The notes under the pieces are model-generated. The model was not told the origin of the DNA. It did not search any database and was given only the letters and a program-made list of their open reading frames with translations. DNA of 64,000 nt from Anthoceros angustus (lineage: Eukaryota > Plantae > Anthocerotophyta): assembly GCA_010909165.1 (NCBI GenBank), contig MU008171.1, positions 744,001-808,000 on the forward strand. Reading direction: 5' to 3'. This document shows positions 1 to 11,398 of the stretch, in pieces. Numbering within the stretch: the stretch's first letter is position 1; each line of letters opens with the position of its first letter. The position numbers and the translations under genes are program-made.

Positions 1-3000
1 AAGCACACTTGAGCAACCAAAGACCCAGATAATCCACATGGCATAGCACGGGGATAAAGCTCCTCAGAATTTGGACCTGATGTTGCATAAACAATTCAGG
101 AAGTGTTGTCGAGTCTGCATGTGAGTTAAGCAGCAAACAACAGAAAAACAATGACATGTTTCAGGAAAGGAAACGTTAATTATAGCTGACTTAAAGCAAA
201 TCTCACCAGCAGTGGTCTTATGCCGAATTCCCAAAGGCTTTTCCTCTTCATCATCTTCTGAATCATAAGCAGGAAGAAGAAAATCTGTCAACGCTCCACA
301 GGCATGTAGTTCCTTACACGCTTCCAGGCATGCGACTTGCCTTGCTCTAGTGTTAGTTTCACATTCGTGTCCAACAACGATTCGAAAAGGAGCATTTGGT
401 GGCAACATAACTGTACAGGAGTAACCCCCTGTTTCAGTTTCGGTGAAACTGAAATCCGGTGCTGGTGAATAGAACCTGGAAGTAGAAAATCGGCAAACAG
501 AATCACAGCTGTAATAATAAGCCGTGCAGGACACACAACTACTTCCTGTAAGCGTCAAGGACCTTACTTGTCTCCAGGCAACTTGGCACAGTACTGATAA
601 AGCAGAGATACACTGGAATCTGTGTTGACAGTCGCCCCAGTTGTTTGTACACAATAGGTTTCCAGATGTCTGCTTACTGGAAACGGCAGATCCCTTGGAC
701 CTTTCCCTCGCAACAAGGCCTGCTCATACATAATATTTTCGGAGAGCAGAAGAGTCTTCATGTGGGCATCTTTTTCCGTACTACCCCTATGGAACAGTCG
801 TAAACAAATCAGGATATGGCAACATGTATAATGAATTGAAACACATATCGCAACATACAAGGGTAGGCTTCCACTGTGGTAAGGTAACAAATCCACTAGG
901 AGAAGGCCATTGCAGATCTGAACCATACCTTTCACAAAGAAGCACATAAGTGGATCCATGGCGACGAGCCCGGCCACGGGATTGTATAAAGCTGCGGACA
1001 GTTGGCGGTAAATCAAATCTAACAATCAAACCACAGCTTTGTACATCAAGACCCTCCTCTGCTATATTTGTGGCTACTAGCACATTTATCTGCAGAATGG
1101 GGCAGAGCACGTTAGAGGTCAATTTCACAACTGGAAGCAAAAGATGAACATTCTCTCTACATGCTGGAAGCAGTGAACCAAAATACTAAGTGGTGTGAAT
1201 ATGACCTCTCCTGAGCGAAATTGCTCTACCAAACACTGTTGCTGGTTCCGAGACACTGATGCCAAGCTTGAGTTATTCCCAGTGAGACATTTACATCGCA
1301 CGAGGTGAAAATTGCTGAGGTTTGTTAAAAGATCAGCTAAAACTATTGCTGCCATGACTCTCTCCACAAAGATGATGCATTTCAAACCTTCGTCCCTGCA
1401 GATGAAAGAGCATAAGGATTTATCACTGGCATGCAATGCTCGGAACGGAAATTGCAGACCAGGGGCAAAGCAAAATGACTCTCACTGATATTGCTGCAGC
1501 ACATCTAAAAGAGCCTGTACTTTGGAAGAAAAATCGTCCACAGCAATTTCCCGTGAACATTCTGCAAAAGGTATGCCAACAGAAACCATAAACAAGGGCC
1601 AACTTGAACCTTTGCGTATCCACCTCAGAAAGTGTCTGGGTTTTGGTATCTGAAGGAGAGTTGCCGACATACCTTTTGACCGAGCTGCTTTCACCATGGA
1701 ATGAACATCTTGGAGAAAACCTTTCCTGGACTTACACCCTAACTTGGTTTCACTTTCCAGGTCAGACTTGTCACTGCTTAGAAGCTTGGCAGCCTGCAAA
1801 AATTTACTCTATGTTCATTGCTGACATTGGAATGGTCTTCACCAGACTCAAATACATGCACTAAGTGCCAGTTCCTAGCACTGAGCTAGGAATATACCTT
1901 CTGAGTACACCACAGCCCCAATTCCTCCAAACAGTACTTAAGAGTTGCAAAAACCTTTATCAGCTCCTTCCGCCACTTGAGTACTAGCTTCAAAGGCTCA
2001 CCGCCCTCCGTGCTCAATCTTTCTTCAAAGTTGGTGAGAGGCCGCAAATGCTGTGAAGCATCGTGAATAATGCTGGGTTTCTTCAATGTCTGGTTTAACT
2101 TCTCCCGCTTGACTTCAACAATATGCATTACAACATGCCCTGTTGAGGGAAATAAATGAAACTCACCTTCACCTTAAGTGCTTCAAGGGTGGAGTGTAAA
2201 TCCAGTACATGCGCCAAATAGGTGGAATCATAATATTCACACCGCAGAGTTGGCGAAGGATTTACAAGATCCAACTCTTGTCTGTCATCAACTGTATAGA
2301 CCTGTCGCACAGCCAGGCCGCTATCTGTGATTGTGACTGACTGCAAACTTGAGACTCGCAGTTGGGTGGCATATCCATAGACACGTCAATGACCAGCTCC
2401 ATGAATGCTAACAGTCTTAAGATGTAACTCCTTGATGGACAATCACATTCAATAAAAACCTTGGAATGTAGCTGAAACTCCAAGTCGCTGAACATCACAG
2501 CACATTCAGACGTCCTTGTGCCCCCTGCCGCAGCTCCAAAAGTACCACAGTGGCCGCAGTGAAGCTGGGGTCAAAGAGCACAGAACAGCACAAAAAAGAA
2601 GCTTTTCCTACAGCTGTGTTCACCTTTGCCTATAATGGGTGACGCTGTCATGCCAAAAACTCGAGGGCAGGTGCCAGACTGGCTGAAGTAGAATTCCTGC
2701 ACATAGACCTTGCACAATTCAGAACTGTCCAAAGGCATGGGAAATGGTACGGGCAAGGCTGAGTCGGGTGTTAGTTGAGTCATGCTGCGAAGGAGCGACT
2801 GAGTCTTACATTCATAATAGCTGCATAAGGATGCTTCTTATGAGCGTGATGACACTCGTCAAAGATCAACAGCTCAATTATATCCATCGTCAGAAAGCAG
2901 TGGCGCAGATTTGTAAGGAGTACTTGTGGAGTCATAACAAACACCTGCATCAACCAGATTCCGGGCGAGACCACAGATGCAGCTGTACAAGCTGATCACC

Positions 3001-3631
3001 GAAGCTATATCGCAACCAACCATGAACAGTAGCCTGGCATACACCTGAGTCGCCTCAGGTGTGGTTGCCAAGCATAGTGCAGGAGGCAAAAGTACTGAAA
3101 GCAAACACTTGACAAGGATTTACCTCATTTTTCTCAACTTCTTCTTTCCATTGCGCATGGCTCCATCTCTCAGAGGACACACCTCCCCAATAACACCCAA
3201 CTTTCAAGTCTGTAAATGACTTGATCACTTCTGCTTGCTGCACATCCAGCACAGCCACGGATTAACCATAAGCCCCTCATCAAATAACCGCGCTGACAGA
3301 ACCACCTGCGTGCCCACCTGCTGAACCAGGGGAACGGAGGGGGCCAGAAACACGGCAATGTTGCCGGCTGACTTTCGAAGCCGATCAGCCACATCAAGAA
3401 TCAGCATAACGGCGATGAGCGTCTTTCCGCATCCGGTCTCCATGAAAATAATTGTGTTCTCCCGCCTAGCTTTCTCCAACACTTCGAGCTGATAGCTGCA
3501 CAACACAGTCAACCACAGGCAAATACTTGACTCCTCAATTTGCACCTTCCAAGCGTCTGCCAATACACTCAAGCTCAGGCAGCTGCAGTGCGCATTGCCT
3601 ACCCTCGCGGTTTCAACCGGAGACTCTCCAT
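1..3631 (-). CDS. DCL4: Dicer-like protein (DCL4-like), 5' part, multi-exon, continues beyond window start
   Basis: Spliced start [10 protein letters not shown]|[42 protein letters not shown], helicase-C [21 protein letters not shown], dimerisation domain [31 protein letters not shown]. The short N-terminus excludes DCL1. DCL4 versus DCL2/3 is judged from recalled motifs only. Confidence 0.88.
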
Positions 3632-4586
3632 GACGTGCAATCAGCACTTCACTGCACTTCGTTCCACTCCACTCCAGACGCTCGTGCCGGCCTCAGCTGC
3701 TCACCCACAAGGACCCAGAACTCCACATGCCAAACCGGCAGCGCACCCAGACAAGGCATCAAACAGCCCAACAGAGCCCCCACATGTTGCGCTTGACTTC
3801 ACGGTCCGACCGCAACCGGGAAATTCAAAGCTCCCAACCAGGGGAGAGCCAACGCCGGAAGCGTGCCCATCCCGTTATCAACCGAGCTCTGCAAGGCCAC
3901 CCAGAAAAGCAACGACAGGAGGCAGACTTGCTGCGGCTCAGGGTCAGCGCAGGCTGCCGCATTGAAAGTGGTGCAAGAGCGTGTGAGAATTCAGTCTGCT
4001 CGTCCTGCTACTTCCATGTGGGGTCCAACCAACTATTATGCCACATTAACCAGGCATTCAAGCAGAGTCTGCCAGGCTTTTGCCCGCCTCCCTCTTGGAT
4101 CTTGCATCGCAGCACCCACAAATGCACAAATACGACGTTGCATGAATACATAAATCAGATTTCACGTTGCATGAAATATGTCAGCCTCGCGTCCTTCCAC
4201 ATTGGGAGGGAACGTATTTCGCACACACACACCATAAAATAGCCTAAGCAGCTCAATCCAACAATCCAAAGAACATAATATAAGAAGTAGCTATTAATAT
4301 CAATATCTCCCACTAAGTTTGATAAATAAAATATCACTAAAACTTCAAACTATGGCAAGTGGAAGCTCATGGTACGGATGTACAAGGTATGGAGTTGGTG
4401 TTCATATTATGTAGGGTGTGTGTTATGAATGGAGTTGGTATCCGTATTATGAGTAGTGTCCATGTTATGACTGAATAGGTGTTAGTGTTACGAATGAGCA
4501 GATATTTGTGTTGTGAAAGACGAGCCTTCCTGGAAACAGGTAGGGGCACCTTATGTCACAAGGTACGGCCTTTCATCTAGACTCCT

Positions 4587-4970
4587 CATCTAGTTTCCTT
4601 CTCTTTGATACACACCATAAAAAATTGTCTATGTTCTAACACTACGTCTTCCCATGGCAAGTGGTGGGTGTCTGGTGGGTGTCTATTCATCTAGTTTCCT
4701 TCTCTTTGATACACACCATAAAAAATTGTCTATGTTCTAACACTACGTCTTCCCGTGGCAAGTGGTGGGTGTCTGGTGGGTGTCTGTTCATCAAAGTTGT
4801 GGCGTGTTTGATCACCGTCTTCTCATGGCAAGTGATGGGGTCTGTGTCAAACACGTCTCCTTAGGTCAAGTGGTGGCTGTCCGTGTTCTTATCAGGTCAA
4901 GTGGTGGGTGTCCGTGTTCTGACATCAAAGTCGTGGCATGACAAACAGGAACATCAAAGTTGTGGCGTGA
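4587..4970. repeat. ~101-bp tandem duplication plus dispersed CAAGTGGTGGGTGTC / CATCAAAGTTGTGGCGTG motifs
   Basis: 4587-4687 is nearly identical to 4688-4788, and sub-motifs recur to ~4970. Confidence 0.8.
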
Positions 4971-5036
4971 CCATCATCATTGGGATTGTAAGAATATTCA
5001 AGAGCACCAAAGAGCATCGTTTATTCAACAGATATG

Positions 5037-5220
5037 CGGTCTACTCTCGATAAATATTTACCCTCGATATCTATGCCGTCAATAAGTGTGAAAAGACAAT
5101 ATTTTAATCTATGATTGTAAATCTTGAACCTATTTATTATTTTAAACGAATTTATTATTTTAACGAATCGAATCCTTAAGGAACTTATGATTAGAGATAA
5201 AAAGAAAGTATTATGTTTCA
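5037..5220. mobile_element. pogo-like MITE/TIR remnant, interrupted by a CRE-like LINE
   Basis: CGGTCTACTCTCGATAAAT at 5037 matches the pogo terminus CAGTCTACTCTCGATAAAT at 27659. A possible decayed opposite end lies at ~6373-6389. Confidence 0.45.
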
Positions 5221-5224
5221 CTGA

Positions 5225-6300
5225 GGGAAAAAACGATGGGGAAAAACCCATCCAGCATGGGACAACGAAGGTGGACCTCGGGGATCAAGGTGAAAAAGAG
5301 CGACTAAGCTCCTTACCTAAAATTACCTACTGCTCCTAGAACATCATATAAAGGAAAAACAAATGGCCTGCAAATGATGGAGGAAGAGGAAGAAGCGTCA
5401 CTTGCCGTCACCGCCTTGCGAAGGATTGCCATCGAGAGGGCCTTTGAAGGGCAATGGAGACTCGCTGTCCGAAGTAAGCTGTGACATTAGAAAGGGACAA
5501 CTTCGCGCCATGCCTGCGGGCGTGGTAGGATTTAGCACTGGACTTGAGAAATTGATCGAAGTCCGTAGCCGCAATGCCCCATACGTTTCGAGTGGGAGCG
5601 GAATAAAGAAGTTGTCTGCTTGCATCCCGCTATATTTTTTGACCTTGAGAGCCGCAACACCGGTGGCAGCCCAACTAGGACGGTTAATGATAGCCTAAGC
5701 GGAGATGGTGTCTCGAGCAAGGTCAGTAACCACCACGTCCACCACAGAAACCTAGTTGATCACCGAGGACAAAGCACAAGTCAGCCTTGATTGAGCGACC
5801 TGTTCGAAGAATGTACCCTCGCTCCTTCCAAGCCATGTAGCGGCTTTCGCAAGCTATGGCAAACATGACGTCGCGAATAACGTCGTGGGTGGCGATGCGA
5901 TGACCCCCATTGGGACAACGAGCAAGGTGTACCCCAGAGTCATCGAGAGCAGAGCCGCACTCGCAGGTAAGAAGGCAAGACACCACAGGCTAAAGCAGGC
6001 TAAGACGGAATTGCATCATAGAGGTGAAGGTGGTTAGTGCGATGACAAAACCCCGTTTACATGGGCGACCCAGAAGCCAAGCGCCTGCACCCTTACCAGA
6101 ACAAGAGTGGAGCCGAACTCTCGTGGACTTAGAGATGGAGGAGTACAAAAGGACGGATTAGAAAGCATGGCCGAGCTGCTTCTCAAGCAACAACGTCTTC
6201 AACCCCCTGAAACCATCGGAGATAAACGTCGAGAAAGAAGGAAAATCCCGCTGCGCATCCACAGAAAGCATTTCCCTGGCCTACCTCAAGGAAATTTGAA
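5225..6300 (-). mobile_element. CRE-like (RLE endonuclease) non-LTR retrotransposon, 5'-truncated, degenerate
   Basis: GKGAGAWLL; zinc knuckle CECG..DDSGVHLARCPNGGHRIATHDVIRD; FIPLPLETYGAL; frameshifted YFGQRVSIALQRA..YDVLGAVGNF; 3' hairpin GATGGG..CCCATC at ~5235. Confidence 0.8.
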
Positions 6301-6761
6301 GACAAAAAGTATGCTATTCATTAAGGAATGAGTGATAAGAGATAAACAGTATGCAGTTCATTTAGGTTCTCACGTTCGAGAGTCGAAGTTTTCTTCACTT
6401 GAACTATGACAAATTCTCCTTATTGTAATAAAGAAGCTCTAAAAGTGTCATAAAAAGTGTTACAAAAGGTTTCGATTCCTAGCAATGCTACTCGCAATCT
6501 CTACCTACTAGAAAAAGGTCACTTACACAAAGGCTATCGAGTAAAGAAACTCAACACTACTTTTTAAAAGTGCTCAAATATACATGTCTACTTTAGAAAA
6601 AGAGCCCACAGGGTCTATAATATCCACGTCCACAGACATGTGAGGTTCCACTTGATGAGTAGGTGAGGTTTTATCGTCATTAGAGCAATGTTTCCATGTA
6701 ATTGCTCGCTGAAGGAATGTTTTTCTTCCAAAACTTGTAGTTCCAACACCAACTGAACTGC

Positions 6762-6985
6762 ATTTTTGTCACCCTTCTTTCACCCTTGGTATTAACTTTG
6801 CATCTTACTGTCCATTTTACTAAGTCTAGATTTTGAGACCTATTTCCACATTTTTGTCACCCTCCTTTCACCCTTAGTATTAACTTTGCATCTTACTGTC
6901 CATTTTACCAAGTCTAGAGTTTGAGACCTATTTCCAGATAAATCTAGACCTATTTCCAGATAACTCTAGACCTATTTGCAGATAG
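6762..6985. repeat. ~87-bp tandem duplication plus short TCTAGACCTATTTCCAGATA repeats
   Basis: 6762-6848 is nearly identical to 6849-6935. Confidence 0.8.
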
Positions 6986-7576
6986 TCTTACAAGCTGTTT
7001 AGATGCTTTAGCTTAATTAGAAATGGCTTGTCAATGATTCGTCAAGTCATGACGGACTTTAGGTGAAAAATTTGTTAAATCGAGGACGGACTTTAAGTGA
7101 ATGATCATGTTAAGTCGAGGACCAAGGACTAACTCGCTTGTTCCAAGACTAAGGTCTTAATGATCATATAATTGAACATGATGCATGAGCTTTGTGTTTG
7201 CACATGCTGGATGTGGGTGGCCCTGTATATGTGTTTCTTGTATACAACCACAATGAAAGTGCACTGACTATTTATTGTCCTGTTTCTAGAATCTAAAAAT
7301 TAAATATCTATTTACACCTATTTATCTATTTACCTAGTGTATAGCCAACAAAGCCCATTTGACCATGCATGAAATATTTATAGGAGAGGTACAAATTATT
7401 ATGGATTGGGAACGCATGGAATATTTCTAACACAGGTACATTGTTGAAACCTGTGTATGTGGTAATATGTCTAAGCTACAGTCAGTCCTTAGCGGACTCC
7501 GGAGTCGCTTGCGGAAGTTTGCTCTAAGACACTCTGGGTTAGGAAACTCAGCGTCCACCTCAGTCGCATCGGAGAA

Positions 7577-8496
7577 ATGAGGACCTGGAGGAGCGTCGCG
7601 TTGCTGACAGGCAGGGTTTTGCAACGAAATGAAGCTTGCGGAGCCTGCCCAGCCCAAGATATATGGAGGGGATTCGCATCCAATGCAGAAAGCGGGACGG
7701 CGGGGAGCAAGGGCTTAGAGTCAGGGTTTTTCTTCTTGCAACCGAAGGATCATCTTGTGGACCGGGTGAGATGCTATCTGTTGCTCCTGGTCCTGACAGT
7801 GCGTTTCCTAACACTGGGCGTTTGTCTGAAACACTGGCCGGCTTGAAATCGAACTTTGTGCAGTATTACTCAGTCGAAAACATGTCCTCGGCTGACCGCC
7901 ATAAGCTGGAGCTGAAGAAAGTGCGGGAGCAATTTCGGATCCACGAAGGAGATTGCGGCTCCTGCCAAGTCCAAGGTAATGCTGGGCCAGTGCTAGCAGC
8001 ATTAAGCTGAATGAAGCATCGGCAGCTACATGACCTGAAATTGTCATGTTCTGAGTGTTACGCATCGGCAGCCACATGACTTGACATTTGTCATTCTCCC
8101 ACAGTTGCTGTGTTGACAGAGAAGATCAAGTTCCTTTCCAAGCACATGTCCAGGCATAAAAAGGTCCAGCAGCCACTTTCCTTTCTCTGTTGCTGTTCGC
8201 CTCCTGTCTTTCGAGTTCCTCGTCTGTGATCGAGATTGGGTTGGAAAGCTGGTTTCTGTGCGGAAAGGGTGGCCCTAGGTCATTCCCCCGTTTTTTCTGT
8301 TCTGAAGTTGGCAGGCTGGTTTACTGTTATGTAACCCGTGACAATGCTTACCCAGGATGTGCACTCAAGAAGGGGCTTAGAGGCCATGGTTCAGCAACGC
8401 AGGTCTCTGCTGAAGTACTTCAGACGGAAAGACTGGGACGCTTACTGCACCCTCATCTCCACACTTGGACTTCGAGATAGAACGGAATCGAATTAG
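7577..8496 (+). CDS. Mitochondrial ribosomal protein uS15m
   Basis: Exons 7577-7765, 7864-7975, 8105-8163, 8356-8496 give presequence ..[14 protein letters not shown]|[32 protein letters not shown]|[11 protein letters not shown]|[30 protein letters not shown] (S15 family). Confidence 0.92.
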
Positions 8497-11398
8497 CCTC
8501 ACCCGCAGGTTCAAGGGAAGAAACCCTCTACATCCAGGTCACCCGGGGCGGCGGAACACCCATCTTGACAGATGTCTAGGAACGTTACGTCCTGCATGAG
8601 AGCTGCTTATTCGCCGCCGCCCTCATACCTTTATTGTCGTCTTCTGTGCCAGCCAGCTTGGAGTGACCTCAGCAGCTCAGCTGAACTATTATTCAATGTG
8701 GGAAAACGCAGAGGATGGTCCACCTGTTTTTTGACCTGCTTTTCAGGCCACTCCTGGTTCACACTTCCTCCCGATATTTCGCGGCATTCTTGTCCGTGGA
8801 GAAGGCAGATGGACTGGGTCTGATCACCCGGTGTGCAATGCAGGGAAAACAATCAGCGTCTCGCACCACGGGCTTGGCATGTTGAGCAAGACGATAGCTC
8901 CGGGGAAAATGAAGATATCTGATCAGAACAGACATGAAAAACGGAGGGCCGTAGCCAGACTTGGCAGACTCTGATTTGCGAATCCGAAGCCCAGTTGGCC
9001 GAACTATCCAGATTAGGTGGATCGAAATTAATGACCGAGACGTCCTTTTGCCCTCGTCTTTAGTTCATCAAGGACGAGGTTCTGCCAGCCTCTCATTGCG
9101 GTGCCCTTCTCATTCTTGCGGGTCGATTCTCGGGTCTGCGGAAGAAATTTCTTTCCCCTGTCGCGTGTGGCTGCGCAGTGCGTCCACCTTGGAAGGGGCA
9201 GGATCTGCTCGATCTCGGTGATTCCCACTTCCTCGCTACCAGTCTGCACTCCTGTGATTTCTGTTTGCTGTGGTTTTGCGGATCGCCTTGTGCCTTGTGG
9301 AGTGCTGCTTTGCGCCTCAATTGCTCGGATATGGTGGACTCCGTAATTTGCTTGATGCGGGAGGTGAATTGAATCCCGGTCCTTTGCGGATTGGTGGGTC
9401 GGGAAATTTGTTCGCTTCTGGGTGAATTGGAGGGAGAGTTGGGCAGTTTCCGAGAGAGGATCGGGGGCCTGGGGACTCTGTGTTTGTGTTTCTGAGTGGC
9501 ACGCATGAGAGTGATGCGGACTTCTCTCTGAAGGCCAGCTCAGACATCGCATTCCCGGCTTGGGGATCGCATTCCCTGCGTCGGAGGCAGATCCGACAGT
9601 CCGCTTCCTGTATCGGCCTCAGGCAATTGGGTAGATGTAGCTGTCCTCCTTGTGTTGGGTAGGCGGGCAGGAATGAGCTGGGCTGCAGCTACTGGAGCAT
9701 CACACTGCGGCTAATCGTAATATGAATCTTGCTTCTTGTACATGGATGTAGTAGGAGTACAAGGCGTACGAGGGACGTGGTTCTGGCCTTGAGCACAGGA
9801 TCCTGGTGGGTATGCATGTGTCAGGAGGAGAAGTCGGGTGTGGTGCCTCCGCTTCTTGGGGAGGTGATGATGGATTGGCTTTGCGGTCTCATGTCGCCAA
9901 GGAAAAGGAACTTGGATTTGGCTTCTTGGGTCATTGTTTCCTGCTTCTGGAGAGAGAACTTGTGAGCTTACACGAGCCTTTGGTTTTTCGTATGTCTGAC
10001 TCGTAGCTTTAGGATTGGTGAATCGCAAAACGACGACGGGACTGGGAAGGGAGGCAGAGTATGGGACTTACTGATGAACTTCGGGTATGTCTGGTCTTTT
10101 CCAACGATCACTCAACTGTGAATACAGAACTCCCTCTAACGTCGCATTACATCGTTGAACCCTTCCTGGTCATGGGCCTTCAACAGAGTTGCTGTCTCTG
10201 GCAGAGCAATTGAGCCTGCAACGGAAGCTGAGTGCAGGTAGACGGCCCAAGTCGTGAGCTGACAATCTTTTGGAACAGGTTGGGGAGCTTCTGTTTCTTT
10301 CTACACCTTCAGGTTCTTTCTACCATGCCAAGAAGGTTGCTGCCAAGTACTCTGTCTGGCAGTTCGTCGCACTTGGTGATGATGCCAGTGTAGATGAGGA
10401 TGAATGGTAATGTCGCACCAAGATACAATGTTCATGTTCCAAAAACATTGGAACATGAGCTGTGAGGTTGATAACCGCAGCAGTTGGTTTCCTAGTCAGA
10501 TTGTAGGTGCATGGGTCTGCCTGAAGTTTATGTCAGTCATGTTGCACTCTCTCAGTTGCAACAAGCCAGCATGGGATGTGGGTACGATCGAAGCAGTTAA
10601 CCATGCCCACATGTGGGCTGGTCAACATTTAGGGGCAGCACAGGAACACAAGTTCCTGTTCCTGTGTTGTGGATGATTGTTGTCTTGGTTTTGCCTTTCT
10701 TTCATTTTCTGTATGTATGTCAGTGATCTCGATTGGCCCAATGTGGCGAGTCGCGTTTGTCTACACTGTTATTGTTTGATTTGGGTAACGATTCCTTGCT
10801 ATGCGCATTCAACAATTGTGTGCCTGTTTCTTGTTGCAGGCCTCTAGCTGATGCCCTGGTTGGCCTTCTGAAGAGTCAAGATGAGAAGTTTATAGGTTTC
10901 AGGTCCTTCTGTGCTGAAGGAAAGGTGAACCTGCTCTCACGTGCTCTGCTGTGGTAGAGGTAGTGCTTGGTGCATCAAGGGCAACATCACCGAGTTTTGG
11001 TTTCTCAGGTACTACAAGCCACCAAAGATAAGAACTGTGTTCTCCAGTTCAGCAACTACAACTTCGATACGGTACACTTTCTCCCTCTCTTGAGCTGTGT
11101 ACAGTCAAAAGCTGCTGCCTTGATGCAGTTTGATGCAACTACTGCTGTCCACCTTTGCAGTGGGAGCAGTGGGCTGTTGATGGAGAGTCATTAGGCCGTT
11201 GCACCTTGGTGAACCGGAAGTAGGCTTTCCATCTTTGGCAGCTTCCTCTGTTCGTAACCTCTGTTGACAGTGCTACCTTTTGAAAAGTTATCTTCACTAT
11301 TGGATGACCGTCTTACCTTGTTTCACATGAGGTTGGTGTCATGGCTGTGCAGGTTTCCGCACAAACAAATTGAGGTTAAGTTTCATCGGGCCTTCGCA

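Noticed and set aside
7766-7799. Possible ~34-nt micro-intron in uS15m
   Set aside because: Phase mismatch; the 7766-7863 intron restores the conserved protein.
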